Of a stretch of DNA of 19,398 nt, positions 8,297 to 18,732 are shown one piece after another. Position numbers and translations under genes: made by a program. Location: NCBI GenBank assembly GCA_013416795.1, contig RQSC01000033.1, positions 228,027-247,424 of the forward strand, written 5' to 3'. The notes below the pieces were generated by a model, which did no database searches, was not told the origin of the DNA, and saw nothing but the letters and a program-made list of their open reading frames with translations. This DNA comes from Prasinococcaceae sp. CCMP 1430. Lineage: Eukaryota > Plantae > Prasinodermophyta. The first letter of the stretch is position 1. The number at the start of each line of letters is the position of its first letter.

Positions 8297-10147
8297 CTAG
8301 TCGGCGCGGCCCGCTCCGCCTACGACGCGGCTGAACGCCTTTTGCAGGGCTGAGAGCGGACCTTGCGGCGGCGCCGCGCCCCCCTTGCCCCCACTGGTAG
8401 TCGCTTTGACCACCTTGCGGGCGATGGTCGCGGCGAGCCCCTGGCGGCCCTCCGGCAGCTTCCCCGCGTCCTCAAAGTACTCGAGATCGGCTTCCGTGAA
8501 GCCGCCACCCTTGCTGGTGCCAGCCTTGGACAGGAACGTGGCGAGCGCATCCGACTCCGAATCGCCGCCGCCCTCGGCGCGCCACTGACGCCACTTCTTG
8601 CTCGCCTGCTGCGCGGGCCGCAAGATCGGGCTCGTGCTGACGTACGGGTGGCTGAGCGCGCCGTTCGCGTCCAAGCGCAGGTCGGTGCGCACAGTGATCA
8701 GCCTCCGCAGCATCGCGTATGCCTCCCCACCGTCCAGGTCGAGCATGTCGAGCCCCTCCTGATACTCCCTCTGACGGCCCGACTTTTTGATCTCCTTCCC
8801 CTCGCGCATGGCACGGCGCCAGCGGTCCAGGTTGTACGCATACGCCTGGACGGCCTTGTTCCACTTGATGAGCGCGTCGGTGGATTTGAGGTTGGGAAAG
8901 GAGAGCTGCGCCATCGTGACCCCCACGCAGTACATGTCGAAGCGATCGGGGCGCTCGAGCTGCCACAGGATGGGCGAGAGGCCGGCCGCGATCGCCGGCG
9001 GCGGCGGCTCTGGCGTGAGCGTGCTCATGATGAACTGCTCGGGCGGCGCATAGCGCGGGTCCAGCAGAAACTCGTTGGGCGCATAGTTGATGCCCACGCG
9101 CAGGTCGGCTGCGGCGCCCAGGTCGATCAGCTTGAGGCGCGCCGAGCCGGGCCGCCCGTCTCCCTTCGAGATGATGATGTTTTGAGGCTTGATGTCCCTG
9201 TGCACGAGGCCGACGCTGTGCAGCGTTTTCGCCGCTGCCAGCAGCTGCCTCATGAGCTCCTTGACGACGGCGGACCGCCGCGCCGCTGCAGGCTCGCCCT
9301 CGAGCGACTTGCCCAGAAGCGGCACCTCGAGGCAGCCCGGGAAGTCCTTGCGCCGCATGTACGTACACAGCGTGTCGTCGCCCTCGTACTTCCACGCGAG
9401 CCACGTCTGTTCCTTTCCGTCGGCACCCTCTTCGCGGAAAGACCCCAGGTACTTCGCGAATCCCGAACTGTCGGGCAGGCGCGAGACGCGGCCGTTCATC
9501 CAGGTCTCCTCCGCACCATAGTCGTCCGCGCGCTTGAGCACGACGTCCTCCACATCGGCACCCGCGCGGACGCAGGTCCCGCGGTACACCTCGCCGAACG
9601 CGCCCCTGCCAAGTTGTTCCCCGATCTCGAAGTCGCGCAGCCGGTAGGCCGGGCTGATCGCGCGCTGCAACGCGCGGACAAAGTACGTGTCGATGAATCC
9701 CCACAACACGCCCGGCGTGGCGAGCGTGTACGCCAGCACGGCTGCGAGGAGGGCCTTGCCCTGCAACGTGAGCCCGCCCACCTCCTTGCGCAGTTCGAGG
9801 TCGAGCGTCGAGCGGTACGTGATGTCGCCGCAGTCGGTAATCGCGCACTGCGGCCCAATGCCCTCGGCGAGCGATCCCACGGCCGCGTTGAGCGCATGAT
9901 GCGTCGCCTCGGCCGCGTGCGCCACCTCGGCAGGCGACACGCCCGCCGCGCGCGCCGGCGCGCGCCGCGCTCCNNNNNNNNNNNNNNNNNNNNNNNNNNN
10001 NNNNNNNNNNNNNNNNNNNNNNNNNNNNNNNNNNNNNNNNNNNNNNNNNNNNNNNNNNNNNNNNNNNNNNNNNNNNNNNNNNNNNNNNNNNNNNNNNNNN
10101 NNCGCGCCGCCCGCCGCCCGCGCCGCGCGCGCCGCTCGCGCCCCCAT
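8297..10147 (-). CDS. STN7: Thylakoid state-transition Ser/Thr kinase STN7/Stt7 (transit peptide interrupted by a 129-N gap at 9974-10102; start tentative)
   Basis: Lumenal CAITDCGDITYRSTL (Cys at 9845-9847 and 9830-9832), TM helix followed by ATPG, LGRGAFGEVY, HRDIKPQN, IDLGAAADLRVGINY, LLDPRYAPPEQFIMST, LSPILWQLERPDRFD. The Ala/Arg-rich N-terminus from ATG 10147 stays in frame across the gap. Confidence 0.9.
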   Translation of the reverse strand: MGARAARAARAAGGAXXXXXXXXXXXXXXXXXXXXXXXXXXXXXXXXXXXXXXXXXXXGARRAPARAAGVSPAEVAHAAEATHHALNAAVGSLAEGIGPQCAITDCGDITYRSTLDLELRKEVGGLTLQGKALLAAVLAYTLATPGVLWGFIDTYFVRALQRAISPAYRLRDFEIGEQLGRGAFGEVYRGTCVRAGADVEDVVLKRADDYGAEETWMNGRVSRLPDSSGFAKYLGSFREEGADGKEQTWLAWKYEGDDTLCTYMRRKDFPGCLEVPLLGKSLEGEPAAARRSAVVKELMRQLLAAAKTLHSVGLVHRDIKPQNIIISKGDGRPGSARLKLIDLGAAADLRVGINYAPNEFLLDPRYAPPEQFIMSTLTPEPPPPAIAAGLSPILWQLERPDRFDMYCVGVTMAQLSFPNLKSTDALIKWNKAVQAYAYNLDRWRRAMREGKEIKKSGRQREYQEGLDMLDLDGGEAYAMLRRLITVRTDLRLDANGALSHPYVSTSPILRPAQQASKKWRQWRAEGGGDSESDALATFLSKAGTSKGGGFTEADLEYFEDAGKLPEGRQGLAATIARKVVKATTSGGKGGAAPPQGPLSALQKAFSRVVGGAGRAD

Positions 10148-10625
10148 CAATCCAAGTGCCCTCTCGCACCTCCCGGGTCTGAACCGCGGGGGTTGGGAAC
10201 GATACCCCAGTCTATCCGATGCGATCCGGAGAACGAAACCGCGCTGCGAGGTCTTGACCGGGTTGAAGATTCTCTTCGGACGCCTCGGCCTCGGGCGCGC
10301 GGGTCGCCGGGCCGGGCGCCGGCGTGGGTCTAACCTTAAATACGATTGGGTTTTGGGCAGCCCTGTTTCCTCCCTTCCTCCCTCTCGAGCAGCAGTGCTC
10401 GGCGTGCTCCGCTCCCTCGCATTTTGCTCTGGCACTGGGGAGTGCAGGTTGGATGGGCGGAGGGAGCGCTGCGCGGCGCCGGGCGATTCAGATTCGCGCG
10501 CGGGCGCCGCTCGCGGATCGCGCCATCAAATCCAAGGCGGTCGCCGACGCCGCCGTGCGCGCGCGCGCCCGCGTGCGGGCGCGCCCGAACCCAAACGACG
10601 ACCAAACGTCGTTTGAAATGTGCTG

Positions 10626-10634
10626 TAAACCCTA
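10626..10634 (+). promoter_or_regulatory. Telo-box-like element (TAAACCCTA) in the STN7/PDS divergent region
   Basis: Exact AAACCCTA at 10627-10634, with a near-copy TAACCCTTA ~10 nt downstream. A single short motif could arise by chance. Confidence 0.25.
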
Positions 10635-10703
10635 TGCGAGGTCGTAACCCTTATCTATTTTCCCGGGCGTGCCGCGGGCGGCCCCCCCGCCCCGCGCGCG
10701 CCC

Positions 10704-10902
10704 NNNNNNNNNNNNNNNNNNNNNNNNNNNNNNNNNNNNNNNNNNNNNNNNNNNNNNNNNNNNNNNNNNNNNNNNNNNNNNNNNNNNNNNNNNNNNNNNN
10801 NNNNNNNNNNNNNNNNNNNNNNNNNNNNNNNNNNNNNNNNNNNNNNNNNNNNNNNNNNNNNNNNNNNNNNNNNNNNNNNNNNNNNNNNNNNNNNNNNNNN
10901 NN
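10704..10902. other. Assembly gap (199 N), probably containing the PDS start and part of its transit peptide
   Basis: N run. The sequence right after it reads [16 protein letters not shown] in the PDS frame. Confidence 0.8.
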
Positions 10903-10904
10903 CG

Positions 10905-11412
<508 letters not shown>

Positions 11413-12903
11413 GTGAGCGCGTGGCAGGACGAGGACGGCGACTGGATCGAGACTGGCCTGCACATCTTCTTCGGCGCCTACCCCAACATGATGAACCTCT
11501 TCGAGGAACTCGACATCGAGGACAGGCTGCAGTGGAAGACGCACAAGATGATCTTCGCCATGCAGGAGCTGCCCGGTGAGTTCACCACCTTCGACTTCGT
11601 TGAGGGCATTCCCGCGCCGCTCAACTTTGGCCTGGCTATCCTGCTCAACCAGAAGATGCTCACGCTCGCGGAGAAGCTGCAGACCGCGCCGCCGCTGTTG
11701 CCCATGCTCATCGAGGGACAGGACTTCATCGACGAGCAAGACGAGCTCTCGGTCCTTGATTTCATGCGCAAGTACGGCATGCCCGAGCGCATCAACGAGG
11801 AGGTTTTCATCTCGATGGCCAAGGCGCTCGACTTTATCGACCCCGACAAGCTCTCCATGACTGTGGTGCTCACGGCCATGAACCGCTTCCTCAACGAGAC
11901 CGACGGCCTGCAGATGGCCTTCCTGGACGGCAACCAGCCCGACCGCCTGTGCGAGCCAATGAAGCAGCACATCGAGGCGCGCGGCGGCGAGGTGCGCACG
12001 AGCGCCCCCCTGAAGCGCTTCGTGCTCAACGATGACGGCAGCGTGAAGCACCTGGAGATGCGCTCGGGCGACATCGTCGAGGCCGACGAGTACATCTCCG
12101 CGCTGCCCGTCGACGTCTTCAAGCGCATGCTGCCCAAGGACTGGGCCAACATGCCGTACTTCCGCCAGGTGGACCAGCTCGAGGGCATTCCGGTGATCAA
12201 CATTCACCTGTGGTTCGACAAGAAGCTCACCTCGGCGGACCACCTCACGTTCTCGCGCTCGCCGCTCCTGTCCGTGTACGCCGACATGTCCACCTGTTGC
12301 AAGGAGTACTACGACGAGGAGAAGTCGATGCTTGAGCTCGTGTTCGCGCCGTGCTCGCCCATCGCTGGCGGCAAGACCAACTGGATCGCGAAGAGCAACG
12401 AGGAGATCGTTGACGCGACCATGAAGGAGCTCGAGAGGCTCTTCCCCACCGAGATTGGCCCCAAGGCGCCCGGCGGCGGCGCCAAGCTCATCAAGCACGC
12501 CGTCGTCAAGACGCCGCGCAGCGTCTACGCAGCCATCCCGGGGCGCAACAAGTATCGCCCCTCGCAAACCACGCCCATCAGCAACTTCACGCTGGCGGGC
12601 GACTGGACGTCGCAGAAGTTCCTGGGTTCGATGGAGGGTGCGGTGCTTGCGGGCAAGCTGGCCGCCGAGGTCGTCGCCGACAAGGCGGCCTACGGCGCGC
12701 CTACGCGTGGCATGAAGCCCATCCGCGAGGAGGTCATCAGCGCCGCGAAGAAGCACGAGGCCAAGGAGCCCGTCGGGTGCAACGGCGACTCGCCTATCGC
12801 CTACGGTGCGGGCATGGTGCTCGACAAGAAGGGCAAGGGCGAGCTGCGGGAGCAGGACAGCGTGCAGCTCGCGGACGACGCCGCGCTGGCCATCTCATCG
12901 TGA
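11413..12903 (+). CDS. PDS: 15-cis-phytoene desaturase, exon 2
   Basis: VSAWQDEDGDWIETGLHIFFGAYPN, MNRFL, MAFLDG, FSRSPLLSVYADMS, LAGDWTSQKFLGSMEGAVLAGKLAA; TGA at 12901-12903. Confidence 0.97.
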   Translation: MSAWQDEDGDWIETGLHIFFGAYPNMMNLFEELDIEDRLQWKTHKMIFAMQELPGEFTTFDFVEGIPAPLNFGLAILLNQKMLTLAEKLQTAPPLLPMLIEGQDFIDEQDELSVLDFMRKYGMPERINEEVFISMAKALDFIDPDKLSMTVVLTAMNRFLNETDGLQMAFLDGNQPDRLCEPMKQHIEARGGEVRTSAPLKRFVLNDDGSVKHLEMRSGDIVEADEYISALPVDVFKRMLPKDWANMPYFRQVDQLEGIPVINIHLWFDKKLTSADHLTFSRSPLLSVYADMSTCCKEYYDEEKSMLELVFAPCSPIAGGKTNWIAKSNEEIVDATMKELERLFPTEIGPKAPGGGAKLIKHAVVKTPRSVYAAIPGRNKYRPSQTTPISNFTLAGDWTSQKFLGSMEGAVLAGKLAAEVVADKAAYGAPTRGMKPIREEVISAAKKHEAKEPVGCNGDSPIAYGAGMVLDKKGKGELREQDSVQLADDAALAISS

Positions 12904-12975
12904 GAGAAACGCTGTGTTCATCTTTTGGTAAATTAATTATTGCGTTCACGCTCAGCTGAGGGCGCACAGCGCAGC

Positions 12976-13743
12976 TCAGCCCTTGACGACCCTCCGCCCC
13001 GGCGCTGGCCACGGGAGCAGCGCGCCCGGCACATGCCGCAGGCACGCGGGGTTGGGGACGAGCATCCATGCGCGCTTGCAATACTCACCAAAGTTGGCGT
13101 ATCGGCTTAGCCGTGCGTCTTTCTTGACCATGTTCGGGTAGAAGAGGATGCACCACACGATGGAGTGGGACACCCATGGGATCCAGCTTCCAGACAAAGA
13201 GGCGAACGACCCATATATGAGGATCTCACCCAAGTAGTTTGGATTGCGAGTGTACGCGAAGAAGCCCTCGGTGATGAGCTCGCGATTGGCCTTGTACCGC
13301 AGCGTGTAGAACTTCTGGCAGTCCGAGCCGAAGTGAAGAAACACGCCCGCGGTGTACGCGCCGACAGTCAGTGCCATGCGCTGCGCGCTGAGCGTTGGTG
13401 TTGAAAGACCGATGCACCACGGCGAGAGCAGGTAAGCGGTGCTCAGAAATACGAACGTCATCAGGCCGCCGGCGAGGGTTGTCGGCACCTGCCACGCGGC
13501 GTCGGGATACGCGATGTCCTTGGCGAGCCACATGAATCCATAGCCACCGTGCAAAGCGACATAGAGCGAAGCGACGGGATTGGTGGCAACGTTCACCCCG
13601 AGCAACTTGAGGATGCCGTAGGCGAACAGCCCCACCAGGCCCTTGTGCATGTTCACCCATTTCCCCACTGGCACACCGCCCTCGGACGCACTGCCATAGA
13701 TGAGCCCGTCATTCAGCCTCGCGAGCGCCAATGCCAAGCCCAT
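12976..13743 (-). CDS. DUF1295 / steroid 5-alpha-reductase-ICMT-like integral membrane protein, 255 aa, intronless
   Basis: Several hydrophobic helices, YVALHGGYGFMWLAKD..YPD, HFGSDCQKF, LITEGFFAYTRNPNYLGEILIY, NMVKKDARLSRY. Start context is gccATGG at 13743. Confidence 0.8.
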   Translation of the reverse strand: MGLALALARLNDGLIYGSASEGGVPVGKWVNMHKGLVGLFAYGILKLLGVNVATNPVASLYVALHGGYGFMWLAKDIAYPDAAWQVPTTLAGGLMTFVFLSTAYLLSPWCIGLSTPTLSAQRMALTVGAYTAGVFLHFGSDCQKFYTLRYKANRELITEGFFAYTRNPNYLGEILIYGSFASLSGSWIPWVSHSIVWCILFYPNMVKKDARLSRYANFGEYCKRAWMLVPNPACLRHVPGALLPWPAPGRRVVKG

Positions 13744-14324
13744 GGCCACGCGCTGGGGCACGAGCGCGCCCACCGCGCAGCGAGGCGTATCCTCGCGTCG
13801 GGCGCGAGCGCGCGGTGTGGCACGCGCCGCGCAGTACAAGTGCGCGGGTTGTTTCGGATTTTCCGCTGATTCAAACACGATACCATGCCCCCCAAAAAAA
13901 AAAAAAAAAGGTGTTCGCGTCAAATGCGCGCCGCGAGGGCGCCGCCGCGTGGCAACCCCCATCAAACCCCCTCCGTTCGGACTCTCCCGTTTCCCCTTTT
14001 TTGAAGTTTTTTTTAAAAGCCTGCACCTTCGCTTGTGTCACATGGTCCCACATGAGATTGAGATGCCACACAATTGCATGCACACGGCTTGAACGGGCAG
14101 GAACGGGAGCCCAGACGCCCGAACGGCTGCGTGTGGGTGCGGGGGCGATGCGTTTTGACGTAGCGGCACAGTACGTCACTCCTCATGTGCGCATGCGCTG
14201 TGACCTCGACGGGGCGCTCTCTGTCGCCCCTCCTTGCATTTTGTTGGCATTTTGGTGGTGTTGGATCGTATCAAAGCCCGTTGGAAAGTGCAGCGTTTCG
14301 AAATTGGGCTGGGAGGGTGATATT

Positions 14325-14377
14325 GATTTTGATTTTATTTTTTGATTTTGATTTTGATTTTGATTTTGATTTTGATT
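14325..14377. repeat. (GATTTT)n hexamer tandem repeat, about 8-9 units with one imperfect
   Basis: GATTTT units at 14325, 14331, 14344, 14350, 14356, 14362 and 14368, with a variant ATTTTTT and a partial GATT. Confidence 0.95.
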
Positions 14378-14520
14378 GCGATGTACCGGCACTTGGATCC
14401 AGCTCGATCGATGCACCAGAGCTGCGAACGTTCGGTTCGGGTGCGTCGACGCGCCCCCGTCAGTCAGGGCGCGCGGGGCCCCGCGTGCGGGCGCAGGAAA
14501 AGGAAAAAGCGGCGGAAATC

Positions 14521-14660
14521 TTTTTTTTTTTGTGTGTGTGTGTGTGGTGGTGGTGGGCGGGGTGCGGGCGCGGTATCGAGCAGCGCCCGGAGCGCGCGCG
14601 CGACAGAGAGAGAGAGACAGACAGAGTGAGAGAGAGGGAGAGAGAGAGAGAGGGAGGGAG
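14521..14660. repeat. Compound simple repeat: T11-(GT)7-(GGT)n ... (AG)n/GGAG
   Basis: T run at 14521-14531, GT/GGT at 14532-14557, AG-rich tract at ~14605-14660. Confidence 0.9.
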
Positions 14661-14816
14661 CTTTGGCCCAGGCGCGGCTGGCTCGCGGCGCGGCGCGCCG
14701 TAGACACCTGCTGCGCGGGGAGCGCGGTTTCTTAAAAATGGCAAATGGCAGGCGCGTGCCCTCGCGTAGGGTATCCACGGCGCGAGGTCTCAAGGTCGCC
14801 TCCAGCCGGGGGCACC

Positions 14817-17800
14817 CTAGAGGATCCCGAGGATTCGCCTCCGGCGCGTGGGCGTGTCGTCGTTGCCCGCGCTCGATGCAGTCATGCCCTTCGCCCCATC
14901 GCCCTGCAGCTTCTGCCTGAGCTCCTCATAGCGGGCGAGCTCGTCCATCGACAGCGACGGCGCGAGCGTCTGCAGCGACATGTTGAAGTCCGCCTCGGTC
15001 ACCTCGACCACGGTAGGTTTGCCCTTCTTGCCCTTGCCCTTGGAACCCTTGGCCGCGCCATTGGCCTTCGCGGGCGAGGGCTTGGCAGGGCTGGCGCCGC
15101 CGTCCACGAAGATGTCCTCCTCGGCGGCGCCGCCCAGGCCACCCAGGCCACCCAGCCCGCCCAGGCCAGCGCCGAGCCCAGCGACCGACCCGGGCGTGCC
15201 GCCTGCCGCCGCAGCCTTGCCTTGCTTCATCGCCTGGCTCTCGGCGCGGCTGCTCAGCCCGGCCGTGCGCTTGGCAGCCTGCATCCAGCTGTCCGCACAC
15301 AGTGCGTACATGTCCGCACCGGTGAAGGTGGGCGGACACTGCGCAGCGACGCGCTCGAGCGAGGTCCCCGGAGCGAGGTTGAACTTGCGCGTGAGGGCCT
15401 CGAGCACCTTCATGCGCGCGGGGACGTCCGAAGCGATCGACACGTAGGCGAGCTTGTCGAAGCGCCCGGGGCGCAGCAGCGCTGGGTCGACAAGGTCGGG
15501 CCGGTTGGTCGCGCCCACGATGAAGATGTCCGTGGATGCGCCCGCATCCAGGCCGTCCAGCTCGGCGAGCAGCTGCGAGACGACGCGGTCCATCACGCCA
15601 CCGCTGTCCGCGCCACCGCCGCGGCTGGGCGCCAGCGCGTCGAGCTCGTCGAAGAACATCACGCACGGCCGCGCGCGCCGCGCGCGCTCGAAAACCTCGC
15701 GCACGTTCTTCTCGGACTCGCCGATGTACATGTTCACCAGCTCGGGGCCCTTCACAGAGAGGAAGTTGAGGCCGCACTCGGTTGCGACGGCCTTCGCGAC
15801 GAGCGTCTTGCCGGTACCCGGCGGGCCGTAGAGCAGCACGCCAGAGCGCGCCTGGAGCCCGCTGGCGAAGAGCTCCGGGTGCTGGAGCGGCAGCTGCACG
15901 GTGTCGAGGATGGTCGCCTTGACATCCTCGAGGCCTCCCACGTCCTCCCACTTGACGTTGGGGACCTTGGGCGCGCCGAGCGCGGCGTTCTGCCGCTGCT
16001 TCGCGCGCTTCATAGCGCCGTCGAGCCCGCCGCCAGCCTCGATGGTCAGCTCGGCACCCCTGGCACGCGCGGCATTGGCGTCCTGTGCGACGACGCGGAG
16101 GTCGCGCTGGTTCATGCCAGCCGTCTGCGCCGCCGCCTCCTTGATGGCAGCCTGCTCCGCCTTGGAGAGCGGCTTGGCGGCCTTGCTGGCCGGCGCGCCG
16201 GCGCTGAGGAAGCCGCGCATGGGAGCGGGCTTGGCGTCCTTGATGGCAGCCTCAAGGTGGTGCTTGAGGACGGCCTCGCGCTGCGCCTGGTCGGGCGTCT
16301 CCACCTTGATCTGATGGGTGAAAATGCGACGAAGCGCCTTCGGGATTGGCTCCAGCTCGTCGGCGGTGGCCACGAGCAGCACCGACTTGTTTGCGAGCGC
16401 CGCGGCGCCTCCCTCGGCCAGCGCCTCGTCCATCTCGAACTCATCGGCCGGGCCTGCGTCGGCGGCGGTGCCGCCCGCGCCGCCCTCGGCGGCGGCGGCG
16501 GCGCCCTCGGGCGCCGGCGGCGGCTCGCGGTACGAGTCGAGCACAGTGCCGAGCACCTCATGCCTGAAGCACGCGATGACGCGCGCGCCAAGGTTGGCGT
16601 CCTGCGTCGGCTGGCCCGACGCGCCCGCGGGCGGCACGAGCGCGTGGAAGCGCCGCAGGAGCAGCATGCACGGCGCGAAGTCGCGCGCCTCCTCGAAGAC
16701 CTCGTGCATGGCCTTTGCGGTGGCGGCGTCGTTCTGGCCGACCAGCTCGTGGCAATTGAACGCGAGCACGGGCAGACCCACGGCGGCACCGGCCGCGATG
16801 GCCGTGATCCGCTTGCCAACGCCCGCGCCGCCCGTGAGCAGCACGCTCGCGCGCAGATTGAGCGGCGCGGCGCCGCCGTGCACGGCGGGCGCCATAATGG
16901 TCGCCAGACGACGCCACGGCAGGCCCGACACGTCGGCGTGAGCCTGCAAGCGGCCCATCGGATCGGCGGCGGCGACCGACTGCGCGGTGGTGGGCGCGCG
17001 CGCCACCGCGTCGAAGCCCTTGAGCATGGGCGGCACCGGCGCGGTGTCATCGCCGACCAGCAGCAGCGTCGTGCGCTCGTTGTCCGCCTGGTAGTAGGAG
17101 CCGTCGCCGCCCTCGCCGGCGCCCGCGCCCTCGTCGTCGTAGTCATCGTAGTCATCGTCCTCGTCCCCGCCACCGGTCTTGGGGCCCTGGATGCTCTGCA
17201 CGATGAAGGTGTGAGCCTCGCGCTGCGGCGGGGGATCGAACGAGCACGGCGCGCGCACGGTGCGCGGCGCGCGCGCCGTGAACACGTCGCCAACCTGCAC
17301 GAGGCGCGGCACGGCAAAGTGCGCGTGCAGCGCCGCGCTGAGCTCCTCCTCCTCCTCCTCGGCCGCGTCCTCCGGCAGCGCCTCCGCGCGACTGAACGAG
17401 AACTCCGAAGTCGGCAGGCGCGCCTGCACCACGCGCACGACCGACGCGACGCTAACTCCCGCCGTCGCTGCCTTGCGCCACTGCGCGAACGAGGTGCCGC
17501 CGGATCCCTCCCCACCGGCGACCTCGAGTGCCTTGGACTCGTGGCGCTTGATCGTCACCGTGGGCGCGCTGGTGAGGCCGCCCAGGTACTCGCTCAGGTG
17601 CAGGTGCAGCCCCAGGTTGTGCGCGAGCGTCGGCGCGAGCGACGCGGCACCCACGCCGCCCTTTGCCCCCGGCGCCGCGGCGGCGGCCGCCGACGGCGGC
17701 TTGCCCTGAGCGACGGCGCGCGCGAGGCGCGTCACGCCCGTGCTGGACGCCTTGACCTCGACCACCGCACCGTTGACCACCTCGAGCGCCCGAAGCGCCT

Positions 17801-17933
17801 CGGGGGACAGCGCGACCTCCGCCCAGCGGTCGCGGCCCGCGTTGGCGCGAAACGCCCACGACTTGGACCGCGCGACGTCGGGCGCAGGCGCCGCGCTCAG
17901 CGCCGCGGGCAGCGTCACGCCCGCCGCATTCGC
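14817..17933 (-). CDS. PEX6: Peroxisomal AAA-ATPase PEX6 (start codon not visible; reading frame enters a 21-N gap at 17934-17954)
   Basis: D2 domain: VPNVKWEDVGGL, RSGVLLYGPPGTGKTLVAKAVATEC, SVKGPELVNMYIGESEKNVR, CVMFFDELD, DSGGVMDRVVSQLLAELDG, LLRPGRFDKL, FTGADMYALC. D1 is degenerate (LLTGGAGVGKR; CMLLLRRFHAL), as typical for PEX6. TAG at 14817-14819. Confidence 0.93.
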   Translation of the reverse strand, partial: ANAAGVTLPAALSAAPAPDVARSKSWAFRANAGRDRWAEVALSPEALRALEVVNGAVVEVKASSTGVTRLARAVAQGKPPSAAAAAAPGAKGGVGAASLAPTLAHNLGLHLHLSEYLGGLTSAPTVTIKRHESKALEVAGGEGSGGTSFAQWRKAATAGVSVASVVRVVQARLPTSEFSFSRAEALPEDAAEEEEEELSAALHAHFAVPRLVQVGDVFTARAPRTVRAPCSFDPPPQREAHTFIVQSIQGPKTGGGDEDDDYDDYDDEGAGAGEGGDGSYYQADNERTTLLLVGDDTAPVPPMLKGFDAVARAPTTAQSVAAADPMGRLQAHADVSGLPWRRLATIMAPAVHGGAAPLNLRASVLLTGGAGVGKRITAIAAGAAVGLPVLAFNCHELVGQNDAATAKAMHEVFEEARDFAPCMLLLRRFHALVPPAGASGQPTQDANLGARVIACFRHEVLGTVLDSYREPPPAPEGAAAAAEGGAGGTAADAGPADEFEMDEALAEGGAAALANKSVLLVATADELEPIPKALRRIFTHQIKVETPDQAQREAVLKHHLEAAIKDAKPAPMRGFLSAGAPASKAAKPLSKAEQAAIKEAAAQTAGMNQRDLRVVAQDANAARARGAELTIEAGGGLDGAMKRAKQRQNAALGAPKVPNVKWEDVGGLEDVKATILDTVQLPLQHPELFASGLQARSGVLLYGPPGTGKTLVAKAVATECGLNFLSVKGPELVNMYIGESEKNVREVFERARRARPCVMFFDELDALAPSRGGGADSGGVMDRVVSQLLAELDGLDAGASTDIFIVGATNRPDLVDPALLRPGRFDKLAYVSIASDVPARMKVLEALTRKFNLAPGTSLERVAAQCPPTFTGADMYALCADSWMQAAKRTAGLSSRAESQAMKQGKAAAAGGTPGSVAGLGAGLGGLGGLGGLGGAAEEDIFVDGGASPAKPSPAKANGAAKGSKGKGKKGKPTVVEVTEADFNMSLQTLAPSLSMDELARYEELRQKLQGDGAKGMTASSAGNDDTPTRRRRILGIL

Positions 17934-18732
17934 NNNNNNNNNNNNNNNNNNNNNGCAGCCGCCGCCGCGAGGGCTTTTTGCGCGGCCGGCCGCCGATCCG
18001 CCCCGCGCCCCGGCGCGCGCGCGCCTGCGTTTTGACCTACTTTGGGTCTCGTCCCCAATCAGGGTTCACATGTGATGGTGGCGCGCACCCCGCAACGCGC
18101 GCGCGGCGCGCCGGCGACTTCCAACCCCAAACCTCGCGCGCTGCGACTCACGCCGCCATCACATCACATCGCACGACGCGCAGCCCATAATACACCAGAC
18201 CCTCTCGGAGCGCACGACAAAACGGGAGGCGCGGCGCCGTCCGATGGCACCGATGGATGCCATCGGCAGAAATTAAAATTTCACTCCTTTTTCGCAGCCA
18301 CGAGTACGCAAACTGGCCATGTTTGTGCATGCGCGAGGCCAGCGCCGAAGCGCTTTTCGGCCGCCGCGAGCGAGTTGCGATTCGCGCGAGCGGAGCGACG
18401 CGCGGAGTCGCCCCGTCGATCGATCGACGAACGCCGCTGCCGATGGGAGGGTTGGCTCCCTCCGCGCGCGCGCCGGGAGCGCGCGACCGCGGGCGCCCAT
18501 GTTTTCGCGGGGTCCGCGACGCGTGCAACGCGCGCGCGCGCGGACCCCGATCGCGATCCGATTCGGTCGGGCGCGCGCGCGCGCGCGCGCGCCCCCGCTG
18601 CGCGCCGACGCGGGATCGTTTTTCCGGGTTTAGGTTTCGGTGAGGAACGCGTGCACGCGGGTGTTTTGTTTGGGGTTGGGATGGAATGGGTTGCCATCCA
18701 TCATCCAGCCAGCCGGGTGTACACTCACCCAC

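Noticed and set aside
9450-9503. STN7 lacks the stromal CxxxC pair of land-plant STN7
   Set aside because: From recall this pair is not generally conserved in algal Stt7, so its absence is unremarkable.
8363-10333. 656-aa plus-strand ORF, and similar long ORFs at 4379-5542 (+), 11368-12756 (-), 6520-8223 (-) and 476-1984 (-)
   Set aside because: Each overlaps a confidently identified gene on the opposite strand; stop-codon scarcity at this GC content explains them.
11880-12660. PDS herbicide-resistance positions
   Set aside because: The Arg in NRFL and the Leu in EGAVL are wild-type.
14430-14531. B-box-like GGTTCGGGTGC followed by a T-run (tRNA or SINE?)
   Set aside because: The invariant A of the B box is missing, there is no A box, and no cloverleaf can be drawn.
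16650-16850. Degenerate Walker A/B motifs in the first PEX6 AAA domain
   Set aside because: An inactive D1 domain is normal for PEX6.
14745-18035. 1096-aa plus-strand ORF
   Set aside because: Antisense shadow of PEX6 caused by GC-rich codon bias; Ala/Arg/Gly/Leu-rich with no recognisable motif.
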